From Octopus vulgaris (lineage: Eukaryota): a stretch of 64,000 nucleotides of DNA. The notes beneath the pieces are model-generated. The model saw only the letters and a list, made by a program, of their open reading frames with translations. It did not search any database and was not told the DNA's origin. Numbering within the stretch: the stretch's first letter is position 1; each line of letters begins with the position of its first letter. The stretch spans positions 21,514,001 through 21,578,000 of the forward strand of contig OX597814.1 in assembly GCA_951406725.2 (NCBI GenBank), written 5' to 3'. A program made the translations under genes and the position numbers. Below are positions 53,280 through 64,000 of this stretch, piece after piece.

Positions 53280-55650
53280 CGGATTCATTCACTCTCAACA
53301 TTCGCGTCACTTCCTTCCCATATTTTGCCATATATAACAGACGACAAGCGTCTCCTCTCCAACCTTAGTTTCCTTTTAAGATGGAAAACAAACAGGTTGA
53401 GTAAACCAGGGTCGGATATGAAGGCACCCGTCACAACTCCCCTCATTCGCGTCTTCCAAACAACCTCTTTCGCCAACGCTACCACAGTGAGAAAGCACAT
53501 TTTGCCTTCCTTATTCAAGCAGGACGGTGGAACAATCTTTATAATCGACTTGGAAGACAGCTGTATTCTTCCCAGACGTGACAACAGCCGTTCGACATAG
53601 ACCCACATTTCCGAAATTTTCGGACACTTCACAATAGCGTGCAGAACAGTTTCAATGCTGTGCTCACATTTTGGGCAAGTGGGCTGGCATGAATAGCCTA
53701 GCGAGTTTATCTCGAACTAGTAAGGCTCCTCGGTAACCTTTGGAAGTTGTCCAAAAGCCCCGTCCCGAATATCCTTCGGAACACACTAGCATGCTGACAT
53801 TCATAAAATCCCAGGGTTTCCCCCAGATCATCGTCACACTTTGCCTCTACCAGCCCTCTATAGAATAACGAGGTGGAACCCTCACCACCGAAATTACCCG
53901 TCCGGCAGAGAAGTGCGAGTGCTGCCAACATTCGGCCAACGACGCACCCAACTTTGGTCTACGCTTAATCTACGGTTCCAATTCACTGAAACTAGTGAAC
54001 CGAGGAAGGATCAGTTTGATGAACGGATATCCCACCTGTTCACCATACAGGTAGAGCCAGTGATGCCTCAACCTCAGCGCATGTCTGTGCATCATTAGCC
54101 ACCTTTTAGCGGCTGTTGGCAACAGATAGAGCGCCTGACAAATGGACCCCTGCCCCTCCACAAAAAGCGAAAGAGCAATCGTTCCATCTTGCTTAGCCAA
54201 GACAGAACGGACAGGCGGTAGATAATCACAGATGCAATAAACACATTTGCGACCTCCGCATCCCCACCACTTTCAGGGATAGCCACCACTCAGACCAAGT
54301 CTGAGTTAGGTTGGTCACCTTGCTTGCCACCTCGCTCCAATTCTTCTCTATCTGTAAGTCCGGACCTAACCAGATTCCTAGCAATTTAACGGGGCCCTCC
54401 GTCCAACGCCCGACGACGTTGTTAGGAAGTATCGACTTGCCTCTCCAGGTGCCGAGTTGCAAGCTGACTGACTTATCCGGTTAAATTTTGCTCCATTCCA
54501 TTTCTGGTGTGTCCTCTGCTGTATCTTCCCTCCTGACTTCTACCTCTGGTGTCTCTGCTTCCACTTCTAATGTAGGAGCTGCCTCGGCTGTCGTTGAGGG
54601 TACAGTATCTTTTCCAGGAGATGGGGGAGCTGAATCTTTCTCGGGGAGAGGCTTGCACCCTACTTTTATGTGGCCCTTTTGACCACATTTGCACCCTGTC
54701 TCCTCCTCCACCTGTATAGTCTCCACAATTTGCACTAAGTCAACAGAGGCCGCTTGTATCAACATCTCTAGCCCTTGTCCAAGCCAGTTTTGCTGCTCTA
54801 TTTTAGTTGACTGGGGATGGAAATTTCGTCCTCCAGGCCCATCACAAGTGCTGCCACCGACAAGGCAACGTCCACCTCTGGAGGGATTTTTCCTAACCTT
54901 ATCCTGGAAATGCGTCTTCCAAGATAAGTGTGTAGGAGGACCACCTCTGCAAATATCAGGGAGGCCGTGGAATGTTGCCATATATCTTGCCTCGTGCCAA
55001 GTAGGCGACATCTTGCCATACTGGCCTGAGGCATATCTCTACAACTTCTTTCGAAGCCATATCCAATTTCTTGCTCTTTATAATAAACGTTTTATATACT
55101 ATAGTACAATGGGACGCGTTTTGCGTCACTTTACTTGGAGTGGGTCACTTTCATCTCCTGCCCCCTCCCTTTGAATCAGTCCTTTATATTTGATTAGTTC
55201 TTTTGGGGCAATATTCAGTTCTTTTCTGTTCACTACTGCTGCAAAATTTGTCACTTTGTTATTTCTTGATTCGACTTCTGGTTCCTTCAGCATTTCTTCT
55301 TCGGTAGGCATGTTCAAAATTGGTTCAGTAGTAGTCGCCTCACCAGAGGAACTACTCATTTTTCAAATAATAATTTTGGGTGTAAACACCCAAGAGAAAC
55401 AATGATTATTTCCCCTTCACACAAGGGAGAAAAAGTTCAAAATCCTGCCAAACGCAGTAAAGCAAGGTGCTTTTTTTTTAAAAAAAAACCGCTCAACAAA
55501 TGGAACAGCAAATTCAACAATTAAATTAACAATAACCAACAACTTACAATACAGTACGTCAAACTCAGCGACCAAATTACCAATTCCAGGAACGCGGTTC
55601 AAGTTGATTTTTATGCCTATAACCTCCACGCGATACACGTCTATGTTGGT
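53280..55650 (-). mobile_element. Internally deleted Tx1/L1-clade LINE (ORF1 joined to ORF2 C-terminus)
   Basis: ORF1 with CKCGQKGHIKVGC knuckle (55359-54481) abuts late ORF2: VKLLGIWLG, AEVANVFIASVIIYRL, ERLLFRFLWRG, QQPLKGG, CPKC..ETVLHAIVKC. Confidence 0.82.
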
Positions 55651-58276
55651 TTTCATGATAATTGTTTGCGACTGCCGCCCACGACATTCGGCGCAGCTGC
55701 GTTTTGGCGTCTTGTTTCAGGGAAACTCGAAAGGTTGCCTGCAATTAGGCTCTCAGCATGTCTTAGAATATTTACTTACATAAATAAATTTTCAGAATTT
55801 ACCATGTAAAAATGACATTTGAAAGAATCACGTTTCTTTTGCGGTTCAGTGTATCTCCAAACATTTTTTTCAAAGAAAACCCCAAATGCGAAGCAAATGT
55901 TTCATCAGTTTTAGTTTCTTATACTAGCAAGCTAATTTGCATATTTTTAAATATTAGAGGAGTGTAATTTGCATGAAGTATTGTCTGATATAGATAAATG
56001 TATTGTTGTTTTTTGTTGTAGTTTTTTTTAAACTAAACTGTAAGTTATAAAAAAAAATAATATAAGTCGCGGCACAGAACCAAAACGTCAGCTCACAGCA
56101 CTATTTCTCCGGGAATTCTCTAAAATGATGAAATATAGCGTAAAAGTTCAAACCCTCGACTTATATTATTTCATACAATTTGCATTGTTTTGACTCTGAA
56201 AAAGAATCATAAAAACATTTATTTTTAAATCTCAAATAAGATGAAGCAGTAAATATGCTTACAGTAGTTAGGGAATTGTGTAACGAAAGGAGCATCAAAA
56301 TCTTTCTAAAGTACAAAGAAAACGATGTAATTCTTCAGTAAACATTCATTCAGAAAGCTAAGTTGTTTGTTAACATGCAGAATAAGAATACTCAGACCTT
56401 ATATAGTCTATGTTCAATGTAGCTAAACTCACTCTTCCCCTTCCCGCCTTTTCTCTCCGCTTCATGTTATATTAAATGGGCATACATGGTACGAACGCTT
56501 CCAACCAGATAAATTTTCGGTAACTTGAAATACACACTGGGACCACATTTTTACTGAAAACCAAAGGAAAGAATGGTTGTTGAAAGTGGTTATGAGAATA
56601 GTTTGTTTGATTTGGAAGAGAGCTAAGATTGTATGTTTTAGCTATTCGCTAGGAGGTTAAAAGTATTCTATTATTATCGTGAAGTCTGCAGTCTTTTTAT
56701 CCAAAAGCAATCTTTCTCAGCTTACTGCTTGCAAACAAAAGCAAACAATAAACCTGCAATAATCCACGCACTGACTGTTGAGGTTATAATTATATAAATA
56801 GATATGTAAGCACTCACAAGACCTAGTGCTACATTATTTATCTCTCTATTGAATATCCAGAAATGTTTCTTTCGGCGAAGAGAAAATATTGGATCAAAAT
56901 TCGTTCATGATACCACCCACATTGCTGCTTCTAGTTTTCATGTGCAACCTACATGCTATACCTTGTTTGCAGTGTATACGGGGAATACAAACTGGGAGGA
57001 GATGTGTATCAAATATCAAAGCAAATTTTAAATATAGTTTTCGACATCCCATTTTCTCTAAATTAAAGGATTCTGTGACCAAATGACTATAAAACGCTTT
57101 GTACATGACTGTTGATTGTTGGTAAAGTGTCTGGCAGCCATATTATTTCAAACATTGCAACTAAAAATAATATATTACATCAACAATTAACTCCGTCTAA
57201 AATATGTAAGGATGAATTTAAGATCTAAGGAATGAAGTAAATATATAATTTTACTTAATTTTGGAATGGAGTAAGTTAGGTTATAATTATTTGAAAAGGA
57301 AAAGCAAATAGTGAATAACACAAGAATTCTCTATTCAGATACCATATTCTTCAAATCAGTCAGCATATGCGATGAGGGAAATGAATTTAGAATTTAAAAA
57401 TTCTAGCAACGTAAAGTCAAACGAAGAATTATTTCGTTTTCTCCTTTATTAACTGTATATCACCCACCCCCACGTACTCAGCTATACTTTGATAATCTAT
57501 CTAATTTTCTAAACAGTATATATATATATATATATATTGTTGTAAAACTGGCATACCAAATAATAATGATTTTGCAAATCTCAACTTTCTCAGAAGGTTA
57601 TTCTATAAAATGTCTTTGATTAATCCAAGCGTCTGATATGGAGTCATTTTCAAGTGACCACTGGCATAGTATTATAATGAAAGTTTTTATAAATATTATC
57701 TTGCTGAACTTGCAATACATAAATGTCATAAGAAGCAGGAACTACACCAATTTTTCAATGTATCACTAAATACAAGGCGCCGGCTACCAGGAAAATATTC
57801 CATAAATTGATTTCTGACAAGTATTTTCAATGTTTGATATTGATGTGAATAATTCTTCTTTCTTCACCCAAAACGCTAAAGTCAAGTAAGCAGCAAATGT
57901 AAGTCTCCCAAAAACAGTCAGAACAACTTGGGCAAATTGAAGACATTTGGATATCGAACACTTTTTAAACGCCCAAATGCATTTATGGATTTTCGTACGG
58001 ATGTGTTTATGCGGGTTTGTGTAGGGGTGTGTGTGTGCGTGCGTGTGTATGTGTGTGTGTGTGAGTGAGTGTGTACATCTGTTTATGTGTGTGTGTGAGT
58101 GGACGTGTGTGTGTGTTTGTGTGTGTGTGTGTGCGTGTGTGTGTGTGTGGACCACTGTTTGTTTGCATGTTTATTCGTAAAGGATTCCAATAAAAAAATT
58201 ATTGTTTGCTAAATGCATACTTTGTGGTAAGTATCAAGATAAATTTCATTATGGCATGCGCTTCTACATACTTTTT

Positions 58277-58313
<37 letters not shown>

Positions 58314-58529
58314 GAATGAACGTCATGCAAAGATGACTGAAAGAAATGAAAGGTTGTTTAGAATATTTCTATATTTCTCAACAAGGCAACAGTTCAATGG
58401 ATAAAAGCATTAAGAATACACACTTTTCATTCTTACAGTGTCTCACTTTCTACACATACTACAGTGCAATATCAGGATTTTTAAACGATTTTTAATTAAT
58501 TGTAGTTTACTCTTTTATTCTCTTCTAAA

Positions 58530-58905
58530 CATAGAGGGGACAAACAAGGACTGACAAACGGATTAACTCGATTACATCGACCCCAGTGCGTAACTGGTAC
58601 TTAATTTATCGACCCCGAAAAGTCGACCTCGGCGGAATTCGAACTCAGAACGTAGCGGCAGACGAAATACCTATTTCTATACTACCCACAAAGGGCTAAA
58701 TACAGAGAGGACAAACAAGGACAGACAAACGGATTAAGTCGATTATATCGACCCCTGTGCGTAATTGGTACTTATTTAATCGACCCCAAAAGGATGAAAG
58801 GCAAAGTCGACCTCGGCGGAATTTGAACTCAGAACGTAGCGGCAGACGAAATACCGCTAAGCATTGACGCCCGGCGTGCTAACGTTTCTGCCAGCTCGCC
58901 GCCTT
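58530..58905 (-). mobile_element. SINE family A, dimeric form
   Basis: Reverse complement of 28047-28450 with a duplicated core. Confidence 0.9.
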
Positions 58906-59116
58906 TTATTCTTTTTTATTCTCTTCTGTCACTGCACAGCGATCGTGCTGGAGCACTCCCTTCGCGGTTTTAGCCACTCACATCAGCCTCAATTCTTTTA
59001 CCTTGCAGCTACATATTTCAGCGATCTATAAGTGTAATTCAGGGTTCGATATTAAGGAACACACGAAAGCGGCATACCGGTTTACATTAGTAAACATAGA
59101 CACCCATTCACGCGCA

Positions 59117-59154
<38 letters not shown>

Positions 59155-59399
59155 CACGCACGCGCGCGCACACACTCACAAATACGCACACAAGCACTTT
59201 GTTGCGAAGCAAACTCCTTAATCATACAGCTACATTGTGTTTTATAACTATGGCTGACACTGGGAATCGTGGCTGATTTGATATTATGTATGATGCTTTA
59301 GCTAATTGTTGTATATGCTTATTTACTAGTGTGAAGACATAGATACCCTCTTACCCCGCTCCTCCTTCATCCAGTGGAGCCTCTACGGTATAACAGTTA

Positions 59400-59555
59400 A
59401 AGTAGGGACAGGGGCCAACGCGACTGTACCAGCAATTGGGTAATATTCATTTCAGGAGGATAGATTGGAGCAACCTGAAATAAAGTGCTTTGCTCGAGGG
59501 TATATACCGCTCGATCCAGGAATCAAACTAGCACTTTAACCACTAGACCACGCCC
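59400..59555 (-). mobile_element. Decayed SINE family C fragment
   Basis: ttggagcaacctgaaataaagtg.tttgctcgagg...taaccactagaccacg. Confidence 0.55.
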
Positions 59556-61109
59556 CAACACATTTCATTTTAAATTCTAAGGGATAATTTATTCATTCAC
59601 ATGTTGCATCGTAGCTTTTATACTTCTTTAAAAAATGCTTTAATACTACTACTATTTTTCTGTTTCCTTCTTAGTCCATGGAAGTTGTACTGGTTAATCT
59701 ATTAAGCGATCCTGATAAAGTTTGTGTTGCTTACTCTTTTCTGTATTTTTGGTGTTATCTTGTTTTGTTTTTTTGTTTTTTGTTTTTTTGCTGGTTTTTT
59801 TTCAAAGTTTTATAGCATTGTTACTTGAGACAGCTCTGATATGTATTGATTTTAATATCCATTCGAATAAAACCTATAAATGTTTAAATAAGTAGTTTCA
59901 TGTTCTTCTACACGAATTCGGAAGTAATTCTGCACACATTCTAGATTGCTCAACAAATACTGGTTATAATACTATTATTGACTTTGTTCTGTAGTGAATT
60001 CCTTTTTAAAATGATTCCTGGTATGTACGTCCACTGATTCTTTCGAAATCAAATACCTAAATTATCCAGTCTTTGTTCTTGATTATAAATCAGAAATGTA
60101 AACGCTGGCAATGCAGAGTTTATCCTGACCTGCCAGAGTTCCTCTTCTTAAGAACTGCTATACCAGCAATTTCAGAAAATTATCTATAGACTTCTGGTTC
60201 GAGAGCCCTTCAGACAAAACCACTTTAAGTTGTTCTTTGTCTTTGGCCACAGTTTACCCCAGTGAATTATCGCTCACTCGCTCCATTAACCCTTTCATCT
60301 TTGACAGTATAACCCGACTAACAAAGGAGTTAGAGTATACGAAAGCATTTTTATAAGGAAAAACCATCTACATCTTTTCACTGTATAGAAATATTTGTAG
60401 ATGCTGCAATCACCAGGCATGTCTAACATCATGAACCACTGCATCATACCAACGACGCCTACAAAGAGTATTCAGGACAGATAGACTGCATGACAAGTGG
60501 GGTACGTTTTTTTCACAAGAGGCAAATAAAATGATGCTACGATATGATCAATATGGTGTGTATAACTGATTTTGCTCTGAATATCTTCGGAGCGACGACA
60601 GGTAGAACTGAGGAAGTAGCTGCAACAACAGAAATAAAAACAATAGTAGCAGCAGCAACAATAGTCTACTCCTTGACATTTGCACTTCAGAGACCTGTGA
60701 CTGTTGATATCTCTGCTTCTCTCTACCGCTCTTCAGTTTTCTTTTTATTTTTCCTTTTTCTCCGCTGGACAGAATGTACTCAAACGACTTCTACAACTAC
60801 ATACTTAACAATTAAAATTTCTTCCCTCCACTGCGACTGATCCCCTTCCTGCTTGCTCGCACAAGAGAATATAGCATCGTCATCAGAAATCATTATATTT
60901 GAAGATCCACGCAGGTCTCCATTTGACATGCTAAGGTTCACTACTTCGCTCACCAACTGTGCGCACTATGTTACAGAGGTGATAACCAGCCAAAGATTCA
61001 CATCAGCATAAATATCTCTTGTTACATCACTCGCATTTCAATTTCTCATAAAGTACGAGAGCAGCAAGTAGATAATACATGTATCACACGAGCCCTACAT
61101 GCCTTTTAC

Positions 61110-61379
61110 GATTTGATCCCATCTGACTCTCATCTATTCTCTAAGTGAAAATAACGCTTAACTGGGAACCATTATGGCAGTAATGATGACGTCATATCTG
61201 CTGTTGATATTTCTTTTGACTAACAGGGTGAAAGCTTTTTCACCAATGGGATCCAAGCAGTGTAAGATCGAAGAAGTGTGAGTCCCGCAAGAAGGACTAT
61301 GTTGAAAAGTGAACCACATGTGCTCACATTCCATGAGTGTATTTTGGTGAGCCTATGATCTTTTCGTCCGCTCTTCATA
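61110..61379 (+). mobile_element. 3' remnant of the mariner family at 12498-13880
   Basis: cccatctgact, ctgggaacca..aatgatgacgtcatat.tgctg, ggactatgttgaa, gcctatga TIR match 13650-13880. Confidence 0.75.
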
Positions 61380-62227
61380 GCTCAACTTTAGACATGTTTT
61401 TCCATGCTCTGGCTCGGTCGACAGTGTACTCATGCTATTGTTCATCAACCAAGGCTATCTTAAATTCTCTTTGGAGGGTGTATGAAGAAGCTCTCAATTT
61501 GTTTACAAAAAAAAGACGTCCATTTTCTTCCTTTTCTTTCAAGAACACAGTACTCCAACAGAGAAGTACTCTCTCTCTCTCTTCCTTTTCGGTGATTGGC
61601 TTGTATTCAGTACCTCTCTGTGACCTGCAACGTTGACAAAAGACGAGTTCTAAGTTGTTATTATTGGTGTTTTTTGGTGATGTTACTGTTGGTGGTGGGC
61701 TGTCGTTACTGCTCTTATTGTTTTTATCGCTCAAATGAACACTGCCCTCTCATCCGTTGACTAGTATATTTAGATTGACACATTCACTGTAGACTAATAG
61801 AAATGTTTCTATCTGTGCGTGTGATATGCGTGACAAAAATCTGTTCTATACACTTGATTTGTGGTATGTTATCAACGGGTGCATATCTATTTATATATAG
61901 TTATGTGAATGTATGCATGTTTGTGTGTGTATTTTCTGAAAAAAAAATGCCTAATAATAGCGCAGTCATTTAAACATGTTCATAAGATATAAACTGCAAA
62001 TAAAAAATATTCGAATACAGTAGATTCTCGCACAAGCAATATGGAGAGTTTTAATACGCCGATCAACTAAGGTGATCTAAAAAATTAGCAAACAAAACTA
62101 TCTCGAGTGTGTTATAGCATTTGAACAGTGGAGATGAGAAAAAATCTGCTCTTTAAAGTCAAGTGGTAAAAGCGACAAACATGTTCTGGTCGTATTGGAT
62201 TTCCAAGACTATGAGTAAGCAATTTAT

Positions 62228-62308
<81 letters not shown>

Positions 62309-62862
62309 CATACATACACTAAAGTTATGGCCGGTCATAAAATGACCATCTGTTTGGTACCTATAAACGCTTAGCAGCACATGTGCTATGCGCTTTATAG
62401 GTGCGAAACCAAAAGTTAGTCTATGACTATATACATACATACATACAGACACAGACACATACATGCATACGTATATATATGCGTGCGCATGTGTGGTGGG
62501 AAAGAAAGAGCGAGAGAGAAATAAAGGGGATTTTTAGTTTAGTAACTGTTATTACGAATGTCAACAATATGGCTTAGAGAAAATACTTCAGATGAATGTT
62601 TTGCCACTCTAAATACCTCATTGTCACTCATGTGTAATAGAATTCCCTCTAAGAATCTAGTAGACAAATGAGCGGAGCACGCTTCGCTGAAGAGGTTTAA
62701 TGAAACCTAAATATGTCTGTGGGTTCACTAAAAAACAAGATGTTCTCTAATCTGCCTTGTTTTCATGCTGTTCAATGTCCAACAACTGATCTTCCTTTGC
62801 TTACATTATTATTATTTTTTTTTTCAGATTTTAAATCCACCTGAAGAATTTTTTGAAAGAAA

Positions 62863-63031
62863 GCGCAGGAGTGGGTGTGTGGTAAGTAGCTTGCTTACCA
62901 ACCACATAGTTCTGGGTTCAGTCCCACTGCGTGGCACCTTGCACAAGTATCTTCTACTATAGCCTCGGCCGACCAAAGCCTTGTGTGTGGATTTGGTAGA
63001 CGGAAACTGAAAGAAGCCTGTCGTATATATG

Positions 63032-63108
<77 letters not shown>

Positions 63109-63315
63109 GTTTGTCCCCCCCAACATCGCTTGACAACCAATGCTGGTATGTTTACGTCCTCGTAACTTAGCGGTTCGACAAAAAGAGACCGATAGAATAA
63201 GTACTAGGCTTACAAAGAATAAGTCCTGGGGGTCGATTTCCTCGACTAAAGGCGGTGCTCCAGCATGGCCGCAGTGAAATGACTGAAACGAGTAAAAGAG
63301 TAAGAGAGTAAAGAG
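62863..63315 (+). mobile_element. tRNA-derived SINE family B with internal (TA)n(TG)n
   Basis: gcgcaggagtgggtgtgtggtaag head, ggttcagtccc B box, (gagtaaaa)-type tail. Confidence 0.9.
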
Positions 63316-64000
63316 TTGCTCAGTTAATCTCAGTTAACTGCGAAGTTTTTTTCAACTTATTATATTACATATACAAGACCTTACCCTATTTGTGTTTAGC
63401 ATGTCGAACGCTCCCTTAGGTTATTTTACATCAACACTATTAAAAAAAAATACTCGAAATCTGGCATCATAATTACAACGTGTTGAAACCAAACGTCTGT
63501 ATTAGTATAACGATGATAGATAAACCATTAAGTGTTAATATCTCGGGGAAAATATTACAAAACCTAGCAGTTACAGTCGTTCTAATGATATTTGATGCTT
63601 TACTGGAATTGATATTTACATACTAGCCATTCCAAAGAGCTGGCGTTATGTCTCTGTAATGATAATAATGATAATAACAGATCACCATATGCTAATACTT
63701 CTCTACTTTACCAGATTCACTTCACCTGAATGCATTGATAAGTGTCATTAGTCAATAGCTGGAATCATTAGTACAAGAAGGTATTTGTAGTTTGTGTAAC
63801 ACATTTTTTTTCTTTTTTCATGGAAAAGCATTCCAGTTTATGTCTCTTCTCTAATTGTCTTCAAAATATTCAATTGGACTCAGAGATTTCACGCGTGGAA
63901 GCAATTTCTTTGATTGAAGCCCGCATTCCATCATATTTGGTTTTAACAAATGGTCGTGTTATCTGTACATACCAACATTTGCAGTAATATAATATTATAA

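Larger units (their letters stand above)
49877..55851 (-). mobile_element. Tc1-family DNA transposon interrupted by a ~4.6-kb insertion
   Basis: TA|cactgaactgcaaaagaaac ... gtttcttttgcggttcagtg|TA (19/20 TIR match); transposase remnants on the minus strand. Confidence 0.85.

Noticed and set aside
61435-61734. 99-aa minus-strand ORF as a host exon
   Set aside because: Non-ATG start, low-complexity N-terminus, no domain or clear splice signals
62140-62200. Possible decayed HHR (gtc...gac-aaa-catg-tt) next to a microsatellite
   Set aside because: No recognisable CUGANGA core

Overview
AT-rich, microsatellite-dense animal (non-coding, intronic or intergenic) DNA. The repeat landscape resembles an Octopus/cephalopod genome, but this is my inference and I ran no search. 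I found no supportable host protein-coding exon; most short ORFs are microsatellite or TE artefacts. Recognisable content: several tRNA-derived SINE families, three TAA-targeted R4/Dong-type LINE copies, decayed mariner, Tc1 and Tigger/pogo transposons, MITEs, and a Tc1 element interrupted by Tx1/L1-like LINE pieces. The main discovery is a recurring non-coding element architecture: a microsatellite landing site, a partial tandem and/or inverted duplication, and a minimal type I hammerhead ribozyme (HHR) with a palindromic stem III. The best case is a young 353-bp tandem array with three intact HHRs at 44506-45605, a retrozyme or non-autonomous Penelope-like candidate. Degenerate HHRs of about six further, apparently unrelated families occur at 485, 31879/35048, 38058, 39138, 41226 and 42085. 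One of them appears to carry a tRNA-derived Pol III head and an internal (TAA)n tract that was later colonised by Dong LINEs.
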